Virus record (IMG/VR): IMGVR_UViG_3300029309_000058
Span: 1 to 53,928 of that record
DNA length: 53,928 nt
Strand: one strand, 5' to 3'
From: a virus
Taxonomy: Duplodnaviria; Caudoviricetes
Position 1 is the stretch's first letter. Each line of letters opens with the position of its first letter. The notes under the pieces are model-generated. The model was not told the origin of the DNA. It ran no database searches and worked only from the letters and a program-made list of their open reading frames with translations. Made by a program: the position numbers and the translations under genes. Shown one piece after another: positions 9,603-19,587 of the stretch.

Positions 9603-12450
9603 CTTTATCTTTCACTACCTGTAGCTGTCCATATGCCATATCATCAGCCGCTGTGTCTGCATTCTCAAGCAGACTTTGGAATCTTGGGTGTGTTAGATTG
9701 AATCCTATGACATAGCTTTGTGCTAGTTTGATTGGAGTATCCTTACCTAGTGATGCTTTCTCTGAACGTGGTGTAGCTAACGCATTCTCTACAGTAAGTT
9801 CCTGTTTGAATGACTTGTAATCAGCGCCCCGCACAGACAACCATTTCCTAAAGTGAGTCCTATCAATCATCATAGTACCCTTATCAAATACTTCGGCAGG
9901 TGATTTTCTAAACACATCCAATCTGATTCGGATGTCACCCCTTGGTATCCTAGAGAAGTCGGGTTGCGGTTTCTGTCCTACAGTGTGCATAATGGTTACA
10001 GATGTATCAGCACAGTCAGCCATATACTCAGCAACAAGATCAAAGCAATCAACTTGGTTTTCTTGTACTGTCCTACGGATAGCACCTATTTGTGCTAGTA
10101 CCCACTCGGTAGCTTGTGTGTAATCAAACTTAATTAATCCCCACTCACTAGCTAGTTTCATACCTAAGTCTGCCAGTATTATTGACTGCTCCCAGTATCT
10201 TTCTTCACCACTAAACTTAGCTTTGTACTTCTTATGGAAGTTATCTGATGCTTCAGCTATCGCAGACTGGATACCTTCTTCACCCATTGACAATAAGTTT
10301 ATGATATATTGTCTTCCTACTGACCCATAATGAGCATGGACGGCTTCATATATTTTACGACCTGCTTCAGAGCCTCGAGTAAACAGAGGTACAGACGGTA
10401 CAGTAAGTTCTAGTAGACGAGCCATCTGTGCATCTGTATCCAGACCAGACGCTATCAGCTTACTTTGTAGAGACTTGTTGGTAGATACTATGACAGGTGT
10501 TGCCCATGTCTTTGCATCTCTTTCTTCAGCATTACGATTCAGCCTAGCTTTATCTCTACCCTGTGATACCCAATAACAGAAGTCACCGACCTCTTTATCC
10601 TGCATCATAGTCACTTCATCTATTGTCAGCGGCAGGTTAGCGTATGTACCAAGTCGTGAAAACAGACTGTTCTGTGTGTACTTAGCCGCAAAGTGTAGCT
10701 TGTCGGGGTTGCCATAGATAGACTGCGCCCAGTATTGTGCTAGTGTTTTACCACCACCAGTTGGGCCGTAGAGAGATACAGTTAATCCCTTGAGTCCTGT
10801 GAAGTTATACAATGGTGCTGAAAAGCCAACACCTAAAGTAAACATATGTGATTTCAAACCTGCTTTTTCTAACACTGATGTTAGGTTTATCCACTGTTCC
10901 GCATCACCCTTACTTGTAAATAAGTCTGCGCCTTGCTTCTGTATGCCCGATGCAAGACTGATTGATTCTTCTGTCACTCCTTCTGCTGTACGCTTTAGAA
11001 GTGTATCGCCTAAGACAAATGCCGTATTCTTCTCTTTCCAACCCATAGTAGAATATAAGTTAGTCATAGTACGGATTTGCCTCAACTCATCCATATATGT
11101 TCTTAACATAAGCTGAAAATACTCCGTTTGTCTTTTGTTATATAACACAATCCCTTGATCTGCTATAGCTGTAGCAAACTCACGATTGCCTTCTGTTAGA
11201 TATGCCTGTCTTAGTATAAGGTCTTGCCACCCCATATGAGGTCTATTCCAGTGGTATCTAACTGTTTCATACCCTAGTGATTCATCGAGTCCATAGCTGA
11301 CAGGGTATATATCAAACTTACAGACATCTATATCTGTATCATCTATGGTAACTTTTATACCATCTTGTGTTCTCTTAAATGGTTTTGGTATTGGTATCTG
11401 ATTGGCTTGAGCATCGGGTGCTTCTGCTGATAGTGGTGCTTCTTGATACTGAACACCTAGTCTTGCAGGTGATCCTATCTTACCTTTGTATACACATCCT
11501 CTACACCCGTTCGGTCTATCTATTTCAAACTTACCACAAGTTGTTGGGCCACTAGCTGAATCTTTCCAATGGTTGAGTTTACTTATAGTAGCTTGATAAT
11601 CAAACTTAGGATGACGTTGACTCCACTCTACTGCTGTCTTCTCTGCATCATTACAGAAAGCGGCTACACCTATTAGGTCATACCATAATGGTTCATCAAC
11701 TTTATCTTGATTGTCTACTGCCCAGTCAATCTGCTTACATTTAGATTTAACTATTGAACCAACAGCAAGTGGGAACTCTTGTTTAGACACAAGATTTTCA
11801 AGCAACGTGTTGTCACGAGTGTGACCTTCTTGCGGCCCGGGCACATCACGGTAGAAATAAGATAGTGATTCGGTCAGAGCAGAAACCTCTACTGGTTCTG
11901 CGTCTACCAAAAGTTTTACTTCATTACCATTCTTTGGATTGTGTGTACCAACAGGTCTTAGCACTAACGCACTGTTAGCTGTGAGTCCTGCGTCTATCTT
12001 AAACTCTTTATCCAATGCCGCTTGCTTCATAGCATTGGCTAGTGGCTTCCAATCTTGTGGCTCTAGTTCTTCTGTAAGTACCCAATACACATGTAACCCA
12101 TTACCCGAATATACTATCATCGGCTTGGGTAAACTCATTGTGTGTACAAACTTACCTAGTTCTTGTAATCCTTCTTTCCAAGATGCGTATGGCTTTCCTT
12201 CACCACAATCCACATCTATAGCTACAACCTTAGTAGCCCTAACGTTGTCTTGTTTTCTGTTACCTTTAGCATTGAAAGAAGATATAGCGAAATAAGTGTT
12301 GTTACCTGTGCTATCTAATCTTTCACATGTATGTGCAAGTTCTTCTACCGACTCAAAGAAACCCTGTTTCCGACCATCTTGGTTGATAACAGTGGTTACA
12401 TAAAACCCTTCTATCGGTAGGACTCGCTTGAGAAACTCTAGCGTGTTCAT
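9595..12450 (-). CDS. Primase-helicase: AEP-like primase, Cys cluster, DUF927, P-loop helicase
   Basis: AIDVD and SGNGLHVYW primase motifs; CKQI...CGKF...CRGC; Walker A GPTGGGKT; Walker B LTIDE. Confidence 0.85.
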   Translation of the reverse strand: MNTLEFLKRVLPIEGFYVTTVINQDGRKQGFFESVEELAHTCERLDSTGNNTYFAISSFNAKGNRKQDNVRATKVVAIDVDCGEGKPYASWKEGLQELGKFVHTMSLPKPMIVYSGNGLHVYWVLTEELEPQDWKPLANAMKQAALDKEFKIDAGLTANSALVLRPVGTHNPKNGNEVKLLVDAEPVEVSALTESLSYFYRDVPGPQEGHTRDNTLLENLVSKQEFPLAVGSIVKSKCKQIDWAVDNQDKVDEPLWYDLIGVAAFCNDAEKTAVEWSQRHPKFDYQATISKLNHWKDSASGPTTCGKFEIDRPNGCRGCVYKGKIGSPARLGVQYQEAPLSAEAPDAQANQIPIPKPFKRTQDGIKVTIDDTDIDVCKFDIYPVSYGLDESLGYETVRYHWNRPHMGWQDLILRQAYLTEGNREFATAIADQGIVLYNKRQTEYFQLMLRTYMDELRQIRTMTNLYSTMGWKEKNTAFVLGDTLLKRTAEGVTEESISLASGIQKQGADLFTSKGDAEQWINLTSVLEKAGLKSHMFTLGVGFSAPLYNFTGLKGLTVSLYGPTGGGKTLAQYWAQSIYGNPDKLHFAAKYTQNSLFSRLGTYANLPLTIDEVTMMQDKEVGDFCYWVSQGRDKARLNRNAEERDAKTWATPVIVSTNKSLQSKLIASGLDTDAQMARLLELTVPSVPLFTRGSEAGRKIYEAVHAHYGSVGRQYIINLLSMGEEGIQSAIAEASDNFHKKYKAKFSGEERYWEQSIILADLGMKLASEWGLIKFDYTQATEWVLAQIGAIRRTVQENQVDCFDLVAEYMADCADTSVTIMHTVGQKPQPDFSRIPRGDIRIRLDVFRKSPAEVFDKGTMMIDRTHFRKWLSVRGADYKSFKQELTVENALATPRSEKASLGKDTPIKLAQSYVIGFNLTHPRFQSLLENADTAADDMAYGQLQVVKDKDV

Positions 12451-12514
12451 ATTACCTACCTATGTTATAGGGGAGAGCATTAATGCAGTCTCAACTACTC
12501 TCCCCTTTGTTATA

Positions 12515-12799
12515 CTACCCTGTTTTGTCAATAACCTCAAGAAGCCTTTGGAATCTATACTTCTGTTCCATAGCTATAACATCGGGTGCAGGCCACCCTT
12601 CTGTCATAACATCAAGCAGTTCCTTGAGTGTGCTTCGTACTTTCTTATCATTGTTCTTACGGATTTTGTTACCCTTAACCCAACCATAATAAGTCATACG
12701 AGACACACCAAGAAGTTGTGCCATGTTACCTGTGGTCAAAAGCATATGCTTTCGTAAGGCTTCCACTTTCTTGAAATCAAGAGGTGGTGTGTTAGCCAT
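12515..12799 (-). CDS. XRE/Cro-like HTH transcriptional regulator
   Basis: LRKHMLLTTGNMAQLLGVSRMTYYGWVKG HTH pattern; GGAG RBS favours start 12799. Confidence 0.75.
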   Translation of the reverse strand: MANTPPLDFKKVEALRKHMLLTTGNMAQLLGVSRMTYYGWVKGNKIRKNNDKKVRSTLKELLDVMTEGWPAPDVIAMEQKYRFQRLLEVIDKTG

Positions 12800-13538
12800 T
12801 GTCCACATCTCCTACGAGTTGTGCGATCTCTGCGGCTAGGTCATCAGCACCACTGACAGTCTTTGCCGCCTTTGGCTCTTCGACTACCTTTGGTGTTTCA
12901 ACAGGCTTCGCTTGTTGTACAGGTTTAATAGCTTGCACTACCTTTGGTTTGGCAGGAGCAGGAACTGGTTCTTCCGCTGCAGGTGCTGCAGGAGAAGTCT
13001 CACTCACAGAAACATCTTCTTCTATGGTGAATCCGTCTACCTCATCAAAGCCAAACTTATTAGCACCACTAGCACCCTCTACATATGAGATGACTTGTAC
13101 TGCTCTGAGTCTGATTGATACACCTGCACCGATCATAGCTGTGTGAAAGAAAGCACATGAGCCATTGACCTTGAGTTCTGACCCACCATAGATATTAGAG
13201 TTGGTCATCATGTTACCCTTACTATCAAAGACAGCAGGTTTATATGCGGCTTTAGATTTGAATTTGATAATCACATTACCTGTAGGATTACCATCTTCAT
13301 CCACCTCTTTACTAAACGGAAGTGGTGCTTGTTTGATTTCCATATTAGGCTTGTCTTTCTTCAAAGCCTTAATACCTTCAACAACAGTCTGCTTGATAAC
13401 TTCAATCACAGGCTGAGCATCTTCCTCTGACAAACAAAGGTTCACTTTGTAGTGTCCTTGCTCATCAAACTTAGTGTCGGGCGCACTGATGTAAGGGTAG
13501 TACGCAATCCCTTTAGCGGTTGTAAAAGTTTTATTCAT
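12792..13538 (-). CDS. ssb: Single-stranded DNA-binding protein (T7 gp2.5-like) with Pro/Ala tail
   Basis: TxKGxAxYP..PDTKF..G.YKVNL, FKSKA, IYGGSELKV, GVSIRLRAVQVI pattern; acidic FGFDEVDGF. Confidence 0.75.
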   Translation of the reverse strand: MNKTFTTAKGIAYYPYISAPDTKFDEQGHYKVNLCLSEEDAQPVIEVIKQTVVEGIKALKKDKPNMEIKQAPLPFSKEVDEDGNPTGNVIIKFKSKAAYKPAVFDSKGNMMTNSNIYGGSELKVNGSCAFFHTAMIGAGVSIRLRAVQVISYVEGASGANKFGFDEVDGFTIEEDVSVSETSPAAPAAEEPVPAPAKPKVVQAIKPVQQAKPVETPKVVEEPKAAKTVSGADDLAAEIAQLVGDVDNG

Positions 13539-14223
13539 AGTCTGAACCTCCTAGTTCATTGGTTAATATAAATCCATCTTCTTCGACAAAACCGAAATCA
13601 TCGAATCCGTGGGCGGACTGTCCTATTTCAACAGCAAGTTCTCCTGTGACAATCCTAGTCTGTTTAGTCCCCAAATGCTCATCGACAAGAGTTTGGTTCT
13701 TATCACTATTGAATCCACGGAAGCTAAATCGTAGCTTCGGGAAAGCGGCTAGTGTATCAAACTCTATCCTTGTCCTTACTATCTCGGGTGCAATACCACG
13801 CATGGACAATTCTTTTTGATAAGCATTCAAGTTCTTCAAAGACGCAGGAGTAACTTGTAGTAAGTATGCTTCACTAAATGGGCCCTCTGCTAAGACAACT
13901 GCCAATCGTTTCTGATCGACACAAGCCTTAACTTTATTCCCTGTCGGTGTAGTCCTAGAACCCCAAGCATTCTGTGGGCAAGAAACACACATGTCATTTT
14001 GCATGGCATGACTGTTCTTGTTTGGATACACACCATCTAGTGAGTAGCAATCGGGAGTAGAAGATTGACTATCTTCTGACCATTCCTCTGCATACCAAGA
14101 TTTGGATAGCTTTGGGTTCGCACCGACAATGACAACATCTATACTCTTGTCGAGTACAGTCTCCTCGTCACCACTGACAGCACGAAACTGTTGGCCTTTG
14201 ATAGAAATCTTCGGTGCAATCAT
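13531..14223 (-). CDS. Conserved Cys-containing replication/recombination protein (possible SSB/annealing protein)
   Basis: PDCYS, CVSCPQNAWGS, KACVD motifs; sits in the replication module; acidic aromatic tail. Confidence 0.5.
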   Translation of the reverse strand: MIAPKISIKGQQFRAVSGDEETVLDKSIDVVIVGANPKLSKSWYAEEWSEDSQSSTPDCYSLDGVYPNKNSHAMQNDMCVSCPQNAWGSRTTPTGNKVKACVDQKRLAVVLAEGPFSEAYLLQVTPASLKNLNAYQKELSMRGIAPEIVRTRIEFDTLAAFPKLRFSFRGFNSDKNQTLVDEHLGTKQTRIVTGELAVEIGQSAHGFDDFGFVEEDGFILTNELGGSDYE

Positions 14224-14627
14224 TTGTCGTCTGCCTTATTCACAGGCTTACGGACATTGACATCTATTCGTGTGCCATAATTAACACCATCGGGAACAGC
14301 TTTGTTGGCATCAATATAGCCACGCACTGCTGTCTTACTGACTCTTTTCTCTAGCATATCCCACGCTTCATTATTCTTTATAAAGCCTAGGACTGCATCC
14401 CAATCTCCCACTTGGGCAAAGTCGGTAGTCGTTATGAACGCTGTACCAAATGGTGTCTTCTTAGAAGTTTCACCATCAGCATCCATCTTTTCTTTTAGCC
14501 ACGCTTCAAGTTTGAGAAGATTAGCTTTTATATCTGCAACCTTTTCTTTGGTCTCAGCTTCTATAGCTTCCTTCTGTCCTCTCAACTTGAGGTATGTGGC
14601 AATAACTTTATCTGTAGTTAGTTCCAT
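14220..14627 (-). CDS. Conserved coiled-coil phage replication-module protein
   Basis: GAGGTAACTATG start; helical N-half; VPDGV C-terminal motif. Confidence 0.7.
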   Translation of the reverse strand: MELTTDKVIATYLKLRGQKEAIEAETKEKVADIKANLLKLEAWLKEKMDADGETSKKTPFGTAFITTTDFAQVGDWDAVLGFIKNNEAWDMLEKRVSKTAVRGYIDANKAVPDGVNYGTRIDVNVRKPVNKADDK

Positions 14628-14629
14628 AG

Positions 14630-16180
14630 TTACCTCGTTTCCTTCTGTATAAGGTCTAGTAAAAGACCTTGTAGCTTTTGTTTATTTTTAAGCCTCTCAT
14701 ACATCTTATACTCTAGGTCTGTTGACTCTATGTGTATGACGTTAGAGACATGTTTCTTACCTATCCTTTCAATACGACCATTCGCTTGAATGTACTGCTC
14801 GTTGCTAGTCACTGGCCCATACCACACCACAGTAGATGCGGCGGTAAGAGTTAGACCATGTGCCATAGTCGCAGGGTGAGCAATTAGTACATGTGGATTC
14901 TTTTCATTCTGAAAGTTATGGAAGATAGTGTTTCGTTTTGAAGCTGATACTTCTCCATTAACAACGGCTACATCCCATGTCTTTGAAAGTTCTCTTTCCA
15001 ACATGTTTAATGTTCCTGTAAGGGGAACAAAAACTATAACCTTACCTCCTACTTCCTCTATAATCTCTTTAACAACTTTGACTCTTGGCGAACAATCTAC
15101 TTCGATATGCCTGCCATCATCTCCGTACACTACACCACAACTTATCTGTACAAGTTTCTGTAGCTTCACGGCTTCATTGACAGCAGTGATTGTTCCTTCT
15201 TCCTCAAGCTGTGTTACAAAATGTTTCAGCATGATTGAGTAATGTTTCTTCTGTTCGGGGGTGAGGTCTATCTTTCTTGTCTGATAGACTGTATCGGGTA
15301 GGTCAAAGCATTCATCTCTTGTATACCTAACAGCAGGATACAGAATGTGCTTTACTATCTCTATTGATTCGGGTCTTGGTATCCATCTCCACTGACCTAT
15401 CTTCATCATCACGGCTTCTCTGAAAGCAGTATATGTTTTGGTGCAGTGTGGACTATCTACTAGCTTAGCTAATGCCCAAGCATCGGTGGGATCATTCGGG
15501 GTGGGTGTACCTGTCATCAACCACAAACGAGTTCTCGGGTGTTTGTCCATAAACTTCCTGAGCGTCTTGAATCTGTTTGTCGATGGGTTTCTAAGAACGG
15601 CGGCTTCATCTACAATAACAAGGTCAAACATGTTGACAGCATCATCGGATATAATATTGAAACCATCGTGATTAATAATATAGAAGTCTGCTTCTGTCTT
15701 GAGTAACTTCTTCCTTCTTGCACTTGTTCCATGCAAGGTTACTGATGTACGATTAGGGAAGTTCATAAAGATACCATCACCCCATACTCTCTCAAGTGTA
15801 GACAGTGGTGATATAATTAGAACCTTCTTAATCTCTCCTATCTCCATAAGATAATCTGATGCCCACAATGCTGACTGTGTTTTACCAGTTCCTATCTCAT
15901 TAAGTACCAATGCCTTTCTGTGCATAGTAAGAAAAGCAGAAGTCATACGTTGGTGTTCGTAGGGTGTAAACCTACCCTCCCAATTATAATAATGTAAGAT
16001 TGGTGATGGTGCTTGGAATCCTAGATTGCGTAGTACCTTAACTTCATCTAGCTTGTGTGGTGCTACAACGAGTTCTGCTCCGTCATACTTTAGCATGCGA
16101 GCTGTAGGTATAGTTTGCAATATCTGATTAGGGTGCTTTGGCTTGATAGCAAGAGCCTTTGCTTGTTCAATAACAATCAT
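14630..16180 (-). CDS. SNF2-family (SF2) helicase
   Basis: EIGTGKT, IVDEAA, MTGTP, AHGLTLT, QANGRIERIG motifs. Confidence 0.9.
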   Translation of the reverse strand: MIVIEQAKALAIKPKHPNQILQTIPTARMLKYDGAELVVAPHKLDEVKVLRNLGFQAPSPILHYYNWEGRFTPYEHQRMTSAFLTMHRKALVLNEIGTGKTQSALWASDYLMEIGEIKKVLIISPLSTLERVWGDGIFMNFPNRTSVTLHGTSARRKKLLKTEADFYIINHDGFNIISDDAVNMFDLVIVDEAAVLRNPSTNRFKTLRKFMDKHPRTRLWLMTGTPTPNDPTDAWALAKLVDSPHCTKTYTAFREAVMMKIGQWRWIPRPESIEIVKHILYPAVRYTRDECFDLPDTVYQTRKIDLTPEQKKHYSIMLKHFVTQLEEEGTITAVNEAVKLQKLVQISCGVVYGDDGRHIEVDCSPRVKVVKEIIEEVGGKVIVFVPLTGTLNMLERELSKTWDVAVVNGEVSASKRNTIFHNFQNEKNPHVLIAHPATMAHGLTLTAASTVVWYGPVTSNEQYIQANGRIERIGKKHVSNVIHIESTDLEYKMYERLKNKQKLQGLLLDLIQKETR

Positions 16181-16506
16181 CTGTTATCTCTCCAAAAACT
16201 TCTGCAATCCTGTGCCTTCTCTATATAGTCTACAACCTCCTGTATAGTTTCTTCACTGTAGACTAAAAAACATTTACCACCGTTCACTTCTATGTCCTCC
16301 ATTGTTTTGGTTTGCAATGCAGTCGGCTTCTTTGTTTTATCAGCCTTGCATTCTATACCTACAAATTTACCCTCGACTATGGCTACCCTATCGGGTATGC
16401 CTGCCTTACCGAAAGGCCCACTCTGTGGACTGTAAAACCAAACACCAAGTTCTTTTAACTTCTTATCTAACTTACGTTTAATTTTTCCCTCGGGGGTATT
16501 ACTCAT
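16177..16506 (-). CDS. VRR-NUC domain nuclease / resolvase
   Basis: TPEGKIK, GIPD, FVGIECKA, PTALQ motifs. Confidence 0.85.
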   Translation of the reverse strand: MSNTPEGKIKRKLDKKLKELGVWFYSPQSGPFGKAGIPDRVAIVEGKFVGIECKADKTKKPTALQTKTMEDIEVNGGKCFLVYSEETIQEVVDYIEKAQDCRSFWRDNR

Positions 16507-16530
16507 AATATAATTATCTTTACATATATG

Positions 16531-17181
16531 TCAAGTTGAATATTCACAAATATTTTTTGCAGGGCAAAACCTACATAAACCACTAGGTTTTGGCGGCCAA
16601 TTATTATTTGTAAATGACTGGTTAATTCGTTCTGTTTTACTTAATAACTTTACCCACATGTCATCTGTATCTACTCTACTATATGTATGTGAGTCTAGTG
16701 CCATATCCTTCAGCCATACAAAAGTTGACTGTACTTTCTTTACGCTAGGAAAATGTTGGAACACCTGCAACGCAAACATCTCTAACTGTGAGAAGTCGGG
16801 TCTGCGTTTACCTGTCTTCCAATCCATAACGATAGCCTTATCATCAAACAAAATAAGAACATCAAGTATGGATCGTAACCAAGCATCCTTCTCCCACCAA
16901 GTTGTTGGTGTAAGGTTTTCATTTAGTGTTAGCTTCTGCTCTACCTGTAAAGTTCCACCCATATCCTCTATGCTTTTACATAGAGGTTCATAGGCTTCTG
17001 ACTCAGTAGGTAATGCCACCTGTTTATCTAGTCTATGTTCAAGTGCTTCGTGTACTCGTTCACCATAGATAGTGGCATCACTACCTGTATCCTTTACTTC
17101 TTTAGTTACCCTTTGATGGTAGTATCGTTTAGGGCAGTTCTCGTACATCTTAATAGACGAGAATGAATGTGATAATGTCAT
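16531..17181 (-). CDS. PD-(D/E)XK Cas4/RecB-like exonuclease
   Basis: SFSSIKMYENCP, GERVH, LDV..DWKTGK, C-terminal CRFCPAKNIC. Confidence 0.85.
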   Translation of the reverse strand: MTLSHSFSSIKMYENCPKRYYHQRVTKEVKDTGSDATIYGERVHEALEHRLDKQVALPTESEAYEPLCKSIEDMGGTLQVEQKLTLNENLTPTTWWEKDAWLRSILDVLILFDDKAIVMDWKTGKRRPDFSQLEMFALQVFQHFPSVKKVQSTFVWLKDMALDSHTYSRVDTDDMWVKLLSKTERINQSFTNNNWPPKPSGLCRFCPAKNICEYST

Positions 17182-17423
17182 GTAGACATCCTCTTAATTA
17201 TGTCATGCTTGAGCATTTCAAGTATAGCTATGGTTTCTGTACTGCTTTCTAACATACTAGAAAACCTTACATACTCTCCGTCTAACTTTACCATGACAAG
17301 TAGTTCTTCTGCCGAGGGGTTCTCCTTTACGGCATTGGATACCTTGCCAAGTATCTCAAGTATCCTTTGTTTCTTATTATTATGTGCCTTAAATTCGTTA
17401 GGCAATTCATCTTCGTTCATCAT
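17178..17423 (-). CDS. Hypothetical protein
   Basis: ATGA-coupled to both neighbours; GGAG upstream. Confidence 0.7.
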   Translation of the reverse strand: MMNEDELPNEFKAHNNKKQRILEILGKVSNAVKENPSAEELLVMVKLDGEYVRFSSMLESSTETIAILEMLKHDIIKRMST

Positions 17424-19294
17424 TTCGCTTCTCCATAATTATAGCCTACACCCGACTCGCATGCAACAGGCAAGTCCTTTGCCCAGCGCGGTGGGGTAGA
17501 CATCTTTCTCTCAACAAGTTGTCGTGCGTGTGTTGTGTCGTGTTCCCGGGTAGTGATAATAACTTCATCATGTACTTGAAAAGCAACATGATATGACTGT
17601 CCGATTGATGCCATCTGTTCTGCGACTACAATCCTAGCCAAAGCCTGTACCACATTCTCTGTAACTTTACCTCCGTAAATCCTAGTCCAGTCGATCTTCT
17701 GCTGTTCACCAGTCATTAGTCTTTTCTGTGTAAGCTTACGGAAAGTCCTAGCGTCAGATATATATTCAAAACCATCAGCCGTATTACGCAACGCATTGTA
17801 TTTTATTCTCAGTCCATTAGGTAAAACTATACCATCCTTATCATAAGGTAGTAGGTCACATATGTTACCCGATGCACTCGACACCATACCATTCAAAGCA
17901 TGACCACAGCTATGCCATAGTGATACTATCTTATGGTTCTTTTGTCGGTATAAGTTTACAATACGTTTGGCTTCGTTCTCATCTATATCTACAGCTATAC
18001 CACCTTGCCCAAGAGCAAGAGTGGCTCTAAACTTTACATGACCCATACCATACCCGAGTCCAAGAATACAAGTTTTCCCTACAAACCTTTGAATCTTATC
18101 ATCTTTTGTAACTTTCTTACCATAGACTTCGGATGCAAACTCACTGTACACATCACGCCCCTCACGGAACGCTTGCACAAGATCATCTTGTCCTGCAATG
18201 TACGCAACCATACGGGCTTCTATCTGTGACGAATCACAAGCAATCATTACATCCCCTTCGGGTACAGTAATAGCCTTACGAATCGCACCATTCCTAGGTA
18301 AGTTCTGTAAGTTCAGCTTATCACCACCACTAAACCTACCTGTGTGTGCGCCATAGTAGTTGAGCATAATAGGTAATGCTCCCCTGTCTGCCACTTTCAT
18401 AAGGTTTTCAGTCCTAGTCTCTTCGATGGTAGACTTTGTACCAAGTCTCGCCGCCACTAGAGTTTGAACCTTTGGGTTAGGATGGTCGAGCAAAGCAGTA
18501 AACTCTTTGTCTGTCTTTGCAAACGCATAGGTTTCTTTACCAGTGCGTAGGCTAGTCTTCATCGGTGGTTCTACACCAACAGTTTCTAGTATCTTTGCAA
18601 AGATTTGATTAGACATCAGAGCCTTCTTAACTCTGTCCTCACTAATACCTTTAAGTGCTAGTGATTCAATCAGTTGTCGCTTGTCATCCTTAACCTTTTG
18701 TAGATGGTCAGCTAGAACCTGCTTATCTAGTTGTATAGTAGGCTCAGTATACATACGAATTGTTTGGTCTATAATCATAAGTTCAGACACAGGTACTTTC
18801 TGTCTTAGCTTTTCATACAGTTTGTATGTCAAGTTTATATCCTGCAAACAATAGTCAGCATACCTGTCAAGTTCTTGTGGTGAGAAGTCATTGCGTTTCT
18901 TACCAAGACCTTGTATAATCTCATCCCCTTTTTGACCAAGGTTATAGAAGTTTGCCAATGCCTTGAGAGACCCCCCCACATTTGCATGGTGGAATGGTCT
19001 AGCCATAGACAAAGTATCAAACCAAAACTTAGGCTTAATACCATACAACCAAGATAGGATAGCACCATCGAACGCAGTATTGTGTGCAAGGATAGCATCT
19101 TCCGAATAGTCTAGTGAGTTCAGAAACCTACCGACATCCTCCCCACTATACCAATCGGGTGGGTTATCATCTACCTTTACACCTACACCAATAACCTCAA
19201 ACCTTGGGTCTCTGATGTAGGCTTCAGTTGTCATCTTGGATAGGGAATACTCACGACTATAGTATGTTTCAAAGTCAATCGTGATTACTCTCAT
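17420..19294 (-). CDS. polA: Family A DNA polymerase with 3'-5' exonuclease
   Basis: IDFETY, HNTAFD, YCLQD exonuclease motifs; DSSQIEAR (A), RFVGKTCILGLGYG (B), VHDE (C); ATGA overlap sets start at 19294. Confidence 0.92.
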   Translation of the reverse strand: MRVITIDFETYYSREYSLSKMTTEAYIRDPRFEVIGVGVKVDDNPPDWYSGEDVGRFLNSLDYSEDAILAHNTAFDGAILSWLYGIKPKFWFDTLSMARPFHHANVGGSLKALANFYNLGQKGDEIIQGLGKKRNDFSPQELDRYADYCLQDINLTYKLYEKLRQKVPVSELMIIDQTIRMYTEPTIQLDKQVLADHLQKVKDDKRQLIESLALKGISEDRVKKALMSNQIFAKILETVGVEPPMKTSLRTGKETYAFAKTDKEFTALLDHPNPKVQTLVAARLGTKSTIEETRTENLMKVADRGALPIMLNYYGAHTGRFSGGDKLNLQNLPRNGAIRKAITVPEGDVMIACDSSQIEARMVAYIAGQDDLVQAFREGRDVYSEFASEVYGKKVTKDDKIQRFVGKTCILGLGYGMGHVKFRATLALGQGGIAVDIDENEAKRIVNLYRQKNHKIVSLWHSCGHALNGMVSSASGNICDLLPYDKDGIVLPNGLRIKYNALRNTADGFEYISDARTFRKLTQKRLMTGEQQKIDWTRIYGGKVTENVVQALARIVVAEQMASIGQSYHVAFQVHDEVIITTREHDTTHARQLVERKMSTPPRWAKDLPVACESGVGYNYGEAK

Positions 19295-19587
19295 TGCTTC
19301 CCCCTTGCAGGAACTTGTTCTCCTGCTAATGCACCATAGCCACACATGTCCACATAGTTATCAACATGCTCGGGGTTCTGTTTTATCCTAGCTACTTTCA
19401 GTAAAGCCAACATGACTGGTACATCGTGGGGGTTAAACTCAACCCCCTTGTATGTAGTCCACAACTCTGCTGTAACTCTAGCATTATCTGCAAAGTCTCC
19501 GTGGTCGTCTTGTCTGTCTACTGATGTTAGCTTGTCTGCTTTCTTTAGTATGTTACCTCGTTTATACTTAGCATTCTTTCTGCTCAT
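19291..19587 (-). CDS. DUF6378-like protein
   Basis: DRQDDHG..N....AELW..Y...DV..M.ALLKVAR...DNYVD..GY pattern; GGAGGTAACGATG start. Confidence 0.75.
   Translation of the reverse strand: MSRKNAKYKRGNILKKADKLTSVDRQDDHGDFADNARVTAELWTTYKGVEFNPHDVPVMLALLKVARIKQNPEHVDNYVDMCGYGALAGEQVPARGKQ

Noticed and set aside
16531-17181. Cas4-like nuclease as CRISPR-related
   Set aside because: Ordinary replication-module exonuclease; no array or other cas genes
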